A DNA stretch of 64,000 bases from Hydrolagus affinis. Lineage: Eukaryota. The position numbers and the translations under genes were made by a program. Numbering within the stretch: position 1 is the stretch's first letter; every line of letters starts with the position of its first letter. Shown here in pieces: positions 21,578-34,600 of this stretch. The stretch lies in contig JAAILG010001584.1 in NCBI GenBank assembly GCA_012026655.1, positions 1-64,000 on the forward strand, in the 5' to 3' direction. The notes beneath the pieces are model-generated. The model was not told where the DNA came from. It saw only the letters and a program-made list of their open reading frames with translations, and did not search any database.

Positions 21578-24534
21578 CTCTCTTGTTATGATATAGACAT
21601 ACAAGATATATTGACATACATTATCAATAACTCAGTGGAAACCCACCAAAAACAACAAAATTTCATTTGCATAGCTCCTTTCATGTCGGGAGGATGTCCC
21701 AATGCGCTGTAACACTCCAACCCTGGATGTTGGATACCCATTAAGAAGGATCAATGGAAGGGGATCAGGAGGTAGCAAAGCAGTAAGCTGGGAGAACTGA
21801 GTGGAGGCTTTTTGGTTGAACTGTTTTGGATTTCGTAATTTGTGAATTGAAATCAGTGTTCTACACATTGTTTCATGAGAACATATCACCCAGTTCCACT
21901 GCTCAGCCTGGTTCAGTCAGTCCCTCTGTCTCTCCTACCTCCGAGTCAGAAGGTTGTGGGTTCAACACACACACATGCACACACACAGCAGGGATGTGGT
22001 ACCCTTATATATTAGAGTCCTGTAGCTCAGTGGTTAGAGCCCTTGCCTTGCGAGCGAGAGACATGGGTTTGATTCCAAACAGAAACCTTGGGTAAATTTC
22101 TTTCCTCCATACACCTGATAACAATCCCTCAAAACAGTAATAAATTAGTCAGTCAATCCACAACTGTTTGTGGGACACTGCTGTGCACAATTATCTGCGT
22201 TTCACCCACAAATATACAGTCAATTCACTTTACAGTATATTCTGTGAAGCGCTTTGAGACATCTGAAAAGCACTACATCAAATGCAAAAGGATTATTATG
22301 AACATAAGGCGACGTCCCAAAGCGCTGGACAATCAGTGTCTTGGACCCCAGCTGAGGGTCATGATCAGGGAGAGTGGAAGGCAGGGAGGAAGGCACGGTG
22401 AAAGAGGAGGGTCTTGAAGGAGGCGAGATGGAGGGGCTGCGGGGTGGAGTTCTGGAGAGCCGGTATAGAGTGGCAGAAGACCTGTCCACCAATAGTAGGG
22501 CAGGCAAGGTGGGCCACTTGAAGCAGGTAGGAGCCTGCTGAGCGGAGTGAGCGGGCATGTTGGTCGGGGGTTTAGAAGGTCGCAGAGTTAGTGGATAATT
22601 GTGATTATTTCTTGTAATTGATGGAGCAGCTGCTAAGGGTGGGTGGGTGGGTGGTGGGGGGATGGGGAGGCCTGAAGGCACCATATGTGTGGAACTTTCT
22701 CGGGCCCTTCAGCCCACAGTAATTCACACTTACTGTCAGATCCAGGTGGTACAGAGATACCGTAGCCTGCAGCTGACACAGAGAATATGTTCTGCAGCTG
22801 CCCTGTTTTAACAGCTTTGTCATCCAAGATGCGCTTCCAGCAGCCAGACATTGCGAGTGTCATCGACAAGTCCAATTGCAAACCTGTTCAGTTTGTGCAC
22901 AGCTCTCCTGCATTTCAGAATGCAGTTAAAACATGATGTTCTGAGGAGATATTTCTCTCTCACCTTTCTCGGTCTCCTCTCCTCTCTTTCTTCATTCTCT
23001 GTAACTTTCTCCAATGAAGTCCTGTAGCGTAGTGGTTGGCACGCTGGCCTCGAAAGCGAGAGGACCCTGGTTTGATTCACAGACAGTGCAAAACCTTAGG
23101 CAACTTTCCTTACTCCACACACCTGTTTACCCAGCAGTAAGTAGGAACCGGCTACTCGCCGTTTGGCAGATTACTTTCCAAGGGTAATCACCACCCCCAT
23201 AAAATTGGACGCTCAAACCAAGACTGTTTGTGGGACACTTGCCTGGCGATAAAATACACAGTCAATCCACTTTACACTTACAGCCCTTCTGTGAAGGGCT
23301 TTGAGATGTCGCAGTGACGTGATAAGGCACTATATCAAATACAAGGATTATTATTGTTGAAACATCTCCTTTCCTTAAAATAAGAATTGCCAAAGCGTGT
23401 ACTTTTTTTTTATTAATGTTATAAAATGTACAGGTGTACATTTCAAGCTTATTGTGGTATATTGACTTTTTTTTTATATGGCAATACATAAAAAATCACT
23501 CAATCTTAACCTGTAACTGTGTAATGTTCTCTGCCAGTCTGTTACATAATACCATTTGACATTTGCTGTGTGTTGCACTGATAGTGATCTTAATGTAGTA
23601 TTTCTTCAGGTTGCACACACTTAAACCAAAATTTTATATTGGCTGCAAAGAGGATGAAATGATTGCACATGTCATAGAGAGAAAGGACACACTTCTCCCA
23701 TACCTCCCATTAAATTGCATTTATCAATCGATCCTTTGAATTTCTATCTCTGTCCTCAACCTCAAACCCATTTAAAAACAGCCTTGTAAAAAAAATGCAT
23801 GCTGAAGGTATAGATTAAAACACATTTAGGTGCAAAGCAAGGGGAACATTGCACTTTATCTGGTCTATTACCTGTTACTGTGTTGGAATAAAAATCTATT
23901 CTATTGATCTTGCTCATGATGAGAATAAACCAAAGGATTTTCATTTACGTTGAAAAAAAAATCTTAATAAGATGCTCGACCAACATTTTATTTTATTTTT
24001 GACATTCAAGGCTATGTACCTGCCCATTTATTTGCCTTCCCCTCTTCCCCCTCCTTTGGAGCTACAAGTATAGAAACAACATTGACTATCCTAAATATTC
24101 AGCAGAAAAAAATTGCAATACAATACAAATTACATTTGTATAGTGCCTTGACATCAGGGGGACATCCCAAGGAACCAGATGCCCACAAAAGCACCAATGT
24201 CTACGGTGAACACGTGGTGAGGGACAAACTCGCAATCAAAGGCACAGCCCTATCTATATTGTCTTTCCCCACAGATACTCTCATTAGTGAGAGAGATTTG
24301 GTCATCACAATTTTTCAAATGGAAATAGCGTCCTCAGTTGCAAGTTGTCAATTTACTGAGGGCCCACAATGTGAGTGAGTTCCATTGTGTTCAAGAATTT
24401 TGCAGGAACTTTGCGGCTTCCGCTAATTCCAGTCCCTAATTGGTATCATCTGCAAATATAACTGTCTTTACACTGGTTCTGTGAATCCAGGTCATTCATA
24501 TATACAAGGAATAGGCAGGATCCCATTACCGATT

Positions 24535-24745
24535 TAAAAAAACCACACAAAATACTGCAGATGCTGGAAATCTGAAAACCCCCCAGAAATTGCTGGGAAA
24601 ACTCAGCAGGTCAGGCAGCATCCATGGAGAAAGCAAAGTGAGTCAACTCTGACGAAGGGTCATGGACCCGAAATGTTGACTCACTTTCCTTTCTCCATGG
24701 ATGCTGCCTGACCTGCTGAGTTTTCCCAGCTCTGTTTAATGTTGC
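24535..24745 (+). mobile_element. Penelope-type non-autonomous palindromic insertion with a hammerhead-like core
   Basis: Inverted arms 24592-24647 and 24675-24730 (56 bp, 1 mismatch); loop CTGACGA-AGGGTC-ATG-GACCC-GAAA; flanking direct repeat cccattac(c/t)gatt at 24522-24534 and 24746-24758. Confidence 0.8.
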
Positions 24746-25411
24746 CCCATTACTGATTGTTGTTATCTGTTTCGGGTGGCATTAAAAATCCCATAGCACT
24801 TTGAAAACAGAAGGTACCGTATAGTCTCTCCCCATACACTGACCAACAACAAAATTACATTTGTATAGCAATCTTCCCAAAGGAAAAATGGTTAACCACC
24901 GCACTGCTGTTTATGGGGTTATTGCTGTATGCAACTAAGCAGCAGCGTTCACAGTCACTACAGTCACTATTTGCAATAAATCATTGGAAACACTTTTTAG
25001 AAATCTCAATGTCACAATAAGACAGTTTATCACATGCAAGGATTATTATTACAGGACAGTATTATACAGTATAAGTAAATATCAAGCTGATAACAGATCT
25101 TGAGAAAACTGTGTGTTTGGGATGAACTAGCATCCTCTAGTGGCCAACACATAAACCGACATTTTAGGGTAATGCAGTACAGACATAAAAAGTTTCAGAG
25201 TACAGTTCCATTCGCCTTCTCTCAAAGCAAAAGCTCTGCCCAATGGGCATAAAGGACAATTGTTTAAAAAATGGAACAGGTAAACGAGCTATGGGAGGAC
25301 AGAATGAAACTAAATAAAATGTCAAATTCACAATAAAACAAATTTTAATTACACAGTATCAACCAGAGGAGTTTAAGATAGGAGGTTAAGGTAGGAGTTA
25401 GAACTTTCATT

Positions 25412-25611
25412 TCAGTGATAAGCAGATACCTGGCTCCCTGGAGCCTCCCTCTTCCACCCTGACGGAATGGGGGGTAGAACAGGTTTAATATTAACACCGA
25501 TTCGAAAGGAATGGGAAGATGTAGGTCCACTTTCAGTTGTATCGCTTTCGCTTTGTCTGACGTCCTCTAAATCTCCAATAGCTGCGGTGTCTGTCGCGTC
25601 AACATCGAAAC
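25412..25611 (-). CDS. LRGUK: LRGUK terminal coding exon
   Basis: [19 protein letters not shown]...[30 protein letters not shown]; atgcag acceptor; ATTAAA on the minus strand at 25344-25349 followed by a T/GT-rich tract. Confidence 0.82.
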
Positions 25612-28600
25612 CTGCATTTTAATTAAAACACAATTGTTAAAAGTAAATAAATTACCATCTGTGTGCAAAGGCTTTTTGTAAGAAATATTAAGAATTTGTT
25701 CAGTGATCGGGTCCTAGAAGTGAAAGAAAATAGAAACTGACCACTGTACCCCTCGGGAATAAATATCTTAACTAAGTTGTGGTTGCAATTTTTTTTAAAA
25801 AAAATCCATATTATTTTGAGGTATTACAATTTAGGAACCGCAGTAATTGCTAGATGAAAACAGACATCTAGTCTGTCTTCTACTGTCCTGGTAGTCACAT
25901 GCTACAATAATGGAGATGTTGATAGCATTTAATTCTGTGTGGATTAGTGCACTAACACATTGGAAAGCTTTGGGAACCTTAAACCCAAAGTTACTTAGTT
26001 CTTCCAAGTCAGACTACACTTATATTGTTTCAAAATACTTATATACGGTTGCCCAAAATATTATTTTCTCCTGGAAATTGGTCAGGAGGGATACTGAATC
26101 TTCTCAAACTGAAAGATTAGTCAAGTTATTGGTGGGTAAGTTGTTGCACATTCAAAATTACTCTTCAGGGGATCAAACTCAGCCTTTCCCTATGATCGGG
26201 AGATTCGACAGATCATCAGGCGAGAAGGCTTTTGATTTCTACTCTGCCAATCATGAAAAACGGGATATGTATAGTAAAAATAAATCCTATCATAATTTAG
26301 CCAATATCTGATAAATCAGCAATCCACTGACTCATAAACTATTATGTAAGCAGTAGAAATATTGGAAATATTAGAAAAGCAGTAGAAATATCCAGGAAGG
26401 TCAGAGTGAAATCTTGCGCAAGTTTCCTTACTCCACGCGCCAAACAATAATCCCTCCAAAAAACCAAATTATAGAATTGGTCATTTCAATCAATGACTGT
26501 TTGTGGGACGCTGCTGTGAGCAATTGGCTGCCATGGTTCCCCGCAAATATACAATCAATTCACTTTACAGTATATTCTGTGAAGCGCTTTGAGACATCCA
26601 GAAGACGTGAAAAGCGCCAGATCAAATGCAAGGATTTTTATTATTATTAGATATTATTACACAGTGCAGCCTACATTGGAACCTGATTTAGTTATAACTT
26701 TAGTTATATACTAAATAACTATATAATCCAAGACTCTTTGTGGGAGACTGCTGTGGGTAATTGGCTTCCGCGTTTCACCCACAAAATATACAGTCAATTC
26801 ACTTCACGGTATATTCTGTGAAGTGTTTTGAGCTTCTCAATAATGTGAGAAGGCGCTATATCAAATGCAAGGTATATTATTATCACGCGGTTGCCAGGTG
26901 AACACCTTTCACGGTGCTCACATATGTAGCCGGTTCGCTTGTTTCCCACGTTAAAATTATTAAAATAATAATCAGAGCAGAGCTTCACTTCTGCTGCAGA
27001 CGTGTGAAGTGAAGTCAGCCTTTATGTTTTAGCACAGCAGCGAGTAATGGGAACAAACCTCTGTTGCTTTCAGTCTGCCTTGACTCGAATAGATCCAATA
27101 TGTCCATCCCCGGAATAAGCTGCTCCACATAAACACTGCCACTTGCAGACACAGAATCGGCTTGATCTATAAATATTTCAGCAGACGAAAGCGTCGTCAC
27201 ATCTGAGGTGGTTTGGGAATCCTCCAAACTGAAGAAAGCAATATCAGGTTTGTAGTTAGACATGGAAAACAATTATTAATAATTGTAACCAATTATTAGA
27301 ATCGGCTGCATGTGGAACACTGTTGTGCGCAAATAGCGGCAGTGTTTCACCCGCAAAGTATACAGTCAATCCACTACAGTATATACGGTACTGTACTGCA
27401 AAGCGCTTTGAGACTTTTCAACCACATGATAAGGAACTGTATAAAATGCAAGGATTATAAGGATTATTATTAACCATTTGAATGCAGAGGACAAGAAAGC
27501 TAAATAATCCTATCTCTCATAGCCGTGAAATAATTTCTTGGACAAAAAGTATCTAATTCCCTCTTGGCACAATTTTACGTGAGCGAGTGCCAAAACAGTA
27601 AGATAATAAATGGGCATTTAATTAGGATTCGATCCTGCCCAAAGCAATAGATTAGAATCACAGTCAAACTTGATATGATTCATCACAAACATGCAGTAGA
27701 AGTTATTTTTTTTAATCTTTATTTATCTTTTTGTAAATCACCATAATGCAATTCTCAACAGCCCACCCACCTCCCTTCTCATTCTTCCATTAAGTTAAAG
27801 TTCTTCCATGGGGGTTAAAGGTCCCGTGGATGAAAATAGCATCCACCCAGTGTCCGACCAACAAAAATTGGTCATTCACTTTGTGGGACAATGCTGTGTG
27901 CATTTCTGCCATGTTCACTTACAAAACACATAGTCCACTTCACTTTACTGTATATCCTGTGAGACATCTTCCTGACGTGGAAAGTGCTATTCCAAACATA
28001 AGGATTAATATGATATATTTTCAATACAATACAATTTATATTTTGTTTAAATAGCACCTTTCACATCAGGATGACAACTGAAAGAGCTTCTCAGTGCTAG
28101 ATGGGGGTGGGAACAAAGGGGTGGGTGGGGGAGAGCTCAAGGGGTATGGGAAAGGGAAAATGGCCAAAACCGCAAATAAACATTTTTGAGACGAAACTTG
28201 AAAGTGGGGCAGGCAGTTGATGAGACAGAGGAACTTCAGGATGGAATTCCAGAGTGAGAACAGAATAGCTAAAGGTTACCTGAAAGTCAAGAGTAGCACA
28301 AACAATGTGCTGCCACTGAGTTTATGCACATATACAATGCAAAACGCTGAACTAAGAAGCAGAGGTCACAATCAACCAGAGGAGATAATCAAGTAAGAAT
28401 AATAACAGGGACATTTGTGATGTGAATGTCATGTGCAGTATGGTGTATCTGAGGCTCAAATGCATAATGGTTTCTTGGGAGCTGTGTCAGCAGGAATTAA
28501 CACAGTGAAGGATAGACCTGTCATGGCATTATATCATTGACTACAACCACAGTGATTAGGACAGGAGACTACACTTCAAGTACAGCAGGGCCGTTTATCT

Positions 28601-31600
28601 TTTTTTATCTGATAATAGGGTCTAAAATATAGTGATTTCAAACCAGACCGGATGGATGTAAGTCCAAATTGGAAAAACTGCTTCTAAGTTGATCAGAGTG
28701 ACTTCCCTCAAGTGAATGTGTCAGAATTAGTGATTCCACATGGAAACCTTTAAGGATCTAACACTTGCATAGAATTAATGGAAGAATGAAGTAGATCTAT
28801 ATAGTTAGTATTTCTCTGAACAAACAACGATAATGTTGCATGTACTGTATACAGTGCCATTCACGTCAAAATAAATTTACAAAGCACTGGCCAGTTCAGG
28901 GTTTGCACCCAAGCTGGGGTGAGTCAAAGTTAAACTCTAACAAGACATATTCCTCATTAATCTAAACTATATCAGTCAGTTCAAGAACATGAATCTCCAA
29001 ACACAGGACAGACTGAGAGATCAAGACCTTGAATGCGTTACAAACTGCAGAACGCAGCTCAGTCCAGAGACGTTTTTGGTAACTCTAAAATGCGATAGAT
29101 TTCAAGGCTGTACCAACTGAGATCAACGGTTCATCTGTCATCAACAGTCACAAGCTACTAAATATTATCAGAGCATCCTTTTCACTTCCACATCCTGCAA
29201 TCTCCAATGTTTCGAACTGATAAACCGAAAAGCAGAGATCTGTGGGGAGTTGATGTTCGACATGGTATGAATATATCTGTGACCAGTTTGGAAATATGCC
29301 AACAAATAGCTACAAATCTCTTCATCTTGGTTTGTGAAGTGCTTTAACATCTCAAGAAAGTCATTTTTCAAGGGCGTACTTTTATAGAGTAATTCATCAT
29401 ATTTTCCCCGTAGCATGGAATACTACCCCTGAAGGCAGAACCTTTTGCAATACTCATCCAACATGTACAAGGAGAATGGCAGAGGCAGTGAAAAGGTGGT
29501 GTCAGAAATTCAAAGAGGGGTTAAAAAGGGATAGTAAAGTGAATTGTATGGCCTAGGCACGGTAAAACCTTAGGCAAGTTTCCTTACTCTACACGCCTGT
29601 CTATCTAGTAGAAAGTAGGAACCCAGTTGTTGGTTGATTGGCGGATTACTTTCCAGGGGTAATAATTCCTTCCAAAAAAAAATTGGTCATTCAATCCACG
29701 ACTGTTTGTGGAACACTGTTGTGTTTCGCCCACAAAATATACAATCAATTCATTTCACAATATATTCTGTGAAGCGCTTTGAGAAGTCTCAATGACACAA
29801 GGAGGCACTATATTAACTGCAAGGATTATTATTATAACAATTTTAGTTCTGATTTATAGCCTATAATCCCTTGTAAAATATCCTTCTACCTAACAGAAGA
29901 GTCTCCATTATTTTAGTTCCATTATTTTTGATGAATCAGTTAAGTCAATCCTTCTCCTCCTACACTTTGAGGGACGTAACCAAACTCTCATTGTAGCTAA
30001 CTTCCTAAAGCCCAGCTATTAATCTACTGGACGATCTCAGAATACCCTAAGATCTTACATTCTAAGATAGGATGTCCCAAATAGAACACATACCTCTTAT
30101 CATCACTAACAGTCGTAAGGTACTGGGATCGAGTAATGTTGCTTGTGTTCGGCATCATAGATGTCAAAAACAATGTATCTGATAACTGTTCATCGAGTGC
30201 CTGTATGTATGTAGAGATGATTGGAGCTCTGCAGAAAAAAGGTTCAGGTTTTCAATCTGTAAATACTGCACCATTCATAGGAACAACAACAACAACAACA
30301 AATTACATTTGTATGGAGCCCTTCACGCCAGGAGGACAACCCAAGGTGCTGGATGGCCAGGGATCTGAACCTGAGTGGTTAGAATCTGAAGGGCAAGAAG
30401 GGTACGGGCACGAGGGTGACCAAAGCCACGATCGAAGAGGAGGGTCTTAAGATAGGTCTTGAGGGAGGCAAGTGATGAGGTGAGGCCGAGGGATTTGGGG
30501 ATGGAATTCCAGAGAGTGGGAGCACAGGAATTGTTAGATGATAAAAGACCAAGGTCCACCTTGTCTGCCTTCTACCATCCTGGTTGTGATATGCTACAAT
30601 AATGGAGATGTTGATAGCAATTAATTCTGCATGGCTTAGTCTATCAACACAGTGGAAAGACTTTTGAACCTTAGTTGCCTAGTTCTTCCATTGTGAGCAA
30701 TTCAGGAAAATGCGCTTCTCTAAAATTATCCCAGAAAAAAAGTGCAATAGCAGGAGCTTTGATGAATGACACATCTCATCCTTCAGATCACCACACCTCC
30801 GTTTACTATCATCAATGATTTGGAGCTCACTTAAGGACGTCAGAATTCACCTGTTTAAATAACTGCATGTAAAGGTTCCCAGTGATAAATGAAATATTCT
30901 GAGCCACCAGTTAAAGACAGAAACCTTTGCCACTCATTGTTTCATTCTACCTTTCTATCTTCTATTCTTTCTAGGATTGCATTATGTAAACTGTGCCCCT
31001 ATAATGTTACTTGCAACTTGCTTCCCTTCAGCAGCCATTGTGTTAAAGATCGAGACAATGAATGTGTAGATGGCACATTTGAAAATAATGGTTAATGCCT
31101 CCAATTTGTAAAAAGAATCAAAAGAATCAGGCAGGGAATCATCCCATTCAGCTTCTATTAACCCTGCAAGACAAACTGTCGTCTTAGCTGCACAAGCAGT
31201 AGAAAACCTTGCCAGACAGCGATATCAATGGCAAGCTATGCGGTTTTAGCCAGTTAGACTCTAGCAGTTACCCCCATGCATACTCTGGGTTCCCCAAGCC
31301 TTGGCTCTGCGCCTAATACTTTCCAGAATTCAGTAAGCAGGATGTGTCCCCACCGAGGAGGTGAGACGCATGGAAATCTTAGCTTGGTTTGGATACTCTT
31401 AAACACGGTGATGGGTGACACCTGACACCAACCTCCACCCCCACCAGCAGTATAAGCACCATGCCCTACACGGCTAATCTAAAATGTAATCCATTGCGCA
31501 ATGCTAGTACAAAAGCAGCTCATCCCCACCATCGCTGTAGTTAGATTAATACCCAAATGGGTAAAGTGCAGTTCTGGTCAAAATAGTACTGTGGATTTCA

Positions 31601-34600
31601 TTCCTAAAATCTAAGGTGTTTTTTACCTGCGGAACAGATGGATGGAGGCATGCGGGGTTTTCCCTTGCACCGCCTCTCGTGCCACCTGTTCACGTCGCTC
31701 AAGAGAATCTTTCTCCTAATAAAGAGACAGACACGGTAAAGCCAAGTCAATCAGGTCACTGCAACTCTGAGAAGTATACCAGCTTCGGAAATGGGCAACC
31801 AAATAAATCATGTTTCATCAATAACACAATCATACTGTCCCTTTTGAATTTCTCCAACTAAAGGTTATAACAAGTTACAGCATTTACTATTTAAGCAGAA
31901 GTGCAGACACAGCTACACACCAGAAATCCTAATTTGTCAACACAAAATATCTTTCTTTTAAAACACAAACAGTGTGATACTATATATTTACAAGAGCAAC
32001 TTGGATTCATCCTGTCCCCAAATTCCATCCCGTTGTCATTCTGTTACAGCATCAAACTGTTTATTAAATGAATTCAATTAACACTCTCTCACGCACGGGT
32101 GAAACTTCACCCAATGCACAACCAATTTTTTTTTTGCCCACTACTTCCGCTCAACTGGCTCCCAGCTCCTGCAGGACCTTGTCATCGCCTCCAGCATAAT
32201 TGCACTCGCTTTCAGCCACTACGCCTCCAAAACTCTGGAATGCTTTTCCACCATCAGTTTCCCTTGCCCCCTCCCTCCTATCCCATCTTCCGGTCACACC
32301 TGGAAACCTTCCTCTTCGACCGTGCCTACGCCCACCTCCCTACCACCTGTGTGAGGGCAATAATAACTGCAAGTTGTTGTTGTGCAATTCAGATGCTTAG
32401 CAGGTTTACAGGCAACTTCACCCAATAGCAAAAGTGATTTTTTTTTAGTGTCTCGGCACTTTCACTTCAGATATCTATGGGGAAAAAGGAACATTTGTGT
32501 GTGGATACTGTAGCAAGTGCTTCGGGAAACAACCCTGTTTGAAGGACGAAATATAAGTGCAGGTTGTTGTTGTTCCTTTTACCATTGATGTCTTGTCCGC
32601 TGAAAGTCTAGCCTGTACTCTGGAGGAGTAGTTTCTGCTGGCGGAGTCACTGAAATCGAACGGCCCAATTTTATTCTGGTTTAGTTGAGTGTCTGTCGAA
32701 ACTTCTTTCTCCTTGGCGGGTGTTATTTTCAGACTTTCTACAAGAAAGCAACATTTTCTACTTTAATGAGCCAATTTACAACTATAATAAATAATAATAA
32801 TTCTTGCATTCGATATAACACGATTTTTGAAACATAGAGGGATGTGGGAATATGGGGATAGGGCAGGTAATCAGAGTTAGGTGAGAAGATCAGCCATGAT
32901 CTTATTGAATGGCGGAGCAGGCTCGAAGGGCTGAATGGCCTACTCCTGCTCCTAATTCTTATGTTCTTATGTAACACCTTATCACGTCATTGAGATGTCT
33001 CAAAGCACTTCACAAAACACAAAAGTACAGCGAACTGATTGCATAATTTGTGGACAAAACACGGCAGGAAATTGCACACAGCAGTGTTCCACAAAGTCAT
33101 GAATTAAGTAACCAAATTATTATGGGGGGGTGGGTGGGGGGGGGGTGGTGGAGGATTCCTAGTCACAGCTAGGTAATCAGTATGAAAATTTGCCTTATGG
33201 TTTCACTCTACCTGGAAATCAAACCCGGTACTCTCACTTATGAGGCAAGCGTTCTAACTATTACACTACAGGACACTTCTACATAATTCTAGAATGCCTT
33301 AAATCCAGCATCAGCAGGAAGCCACGTGTTTAGTGGCATCAATTCACCTTGTATACAGTGTATGGTAATCCGCAGCAGTGCATTCCATTTCTGGATTCTT
33401 TATTGAACCAATTCTTTTTTTTAAAGATTTTGCATTTTCATTCAAATGTAAACATCTAACATTACTTTTCCTCTACAAGACTGAACGTGACATTCCAGAA
33501 GTTCAAAATTTCTCACAGTCTTAGCCTGAATGCCTTAAGATATAAAGTTCTGCAAAATTTTGGAATATTCTTCAATGTTTGCAACACACAATAAGAATCT
33601 TTATTTCCTGCCAATCCAGAAGGGACTGGGGAATGGGGTTCTAAAGAGTGGGAGCAGAAAAGCACGATACAAGGATAGTTTTATTTGGTCTTAGAATACC
33701 AAGATATTCACAATCGTGTATATTTCAGCATTGTTACCAACGGCACTATAATAGTGGTTGAATGTCCAGATTTATATCATCAGCACAAACGTTCAGTTTG
33801 CTCTAGTGCAAAGATTAATCCTGCAGGAGTTCAAAACCCAAACTACAGAAGCACAAGGTCAGTATTTCATCATTCCAAATAAGAGTGAGTCAACTCCAAT
33901 TTGACATTCTGCACGTACTCACCACTAGTTTGCTTTTTGTCCCCTGTTGCAGTTCTGTCACTGTCACTGCTTGTTTGATCAGTAAAATTCAAGTACTCCC
34001 TGAGCAGCTGCCTCAGCTGTGTGTATGCTTCCACAAGATCAGCTGTACACAAAGACAATGGAAGAAAGCAGCAATGTAAAAACACAATTGCATTAACCCG
34101 TTCAGAGCCAGAATAAAATCAGAGACGTTAATCATCTATTTTAGTTGGCTCCCAATCACACTAAACAAGGTTAAACATACAGTCAATTCACTATCAGTTC
34201 ACTAAGCAGTACATTCTGTGAAGCACTTTGAGATGGTTCAAAGATGTGATATTATATTAATATTTAGAACATTATCATCTTAATAATCCTTGCACTATAT
34301 CAAATGCAAGGTTTATTAATATGATAATGATCTTTGTTTCTGGGCATTTTGTCATACTTTGATTTTAAAATATTCAGTGCACATATGTAGGAAAGATTAC
34401 AATAATGATCTAAAGAAGCCACAACCTAAGTTTAAAGAGGAAGGAATTTATCACTCCATGACTGTTTGTGGGACACTGCTGTGGGCAATTGGCTGCCGTG
34501 TCTCGCCAACAAAATAGTCGATCCGCTTTACAGTTTGTAAGCATTATTATTCCTGGGGGTAATAAGAACTTTTTTTTAAAAATAAAAAAATAATAATTTG

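Noticed and set aside
22017-22085. tRNA-like sequences here and at other SINE heads
   Set aside because: They are SINE 5' heads continuing into SINE bodies, with no complete cloverleaf
22734-22907. 174-nt minus-strand AG..GTAAGT segment beyond the LRGUK stop
   Set aside because: All three frames contain stops; at most a non-coding or minor 3' exon
29168-29416. 82-aa minus-strand ORF in an LRGUK intron
   Set aside because: In-frame stop right after the nearest acceptor, and LRGUK phases close without it
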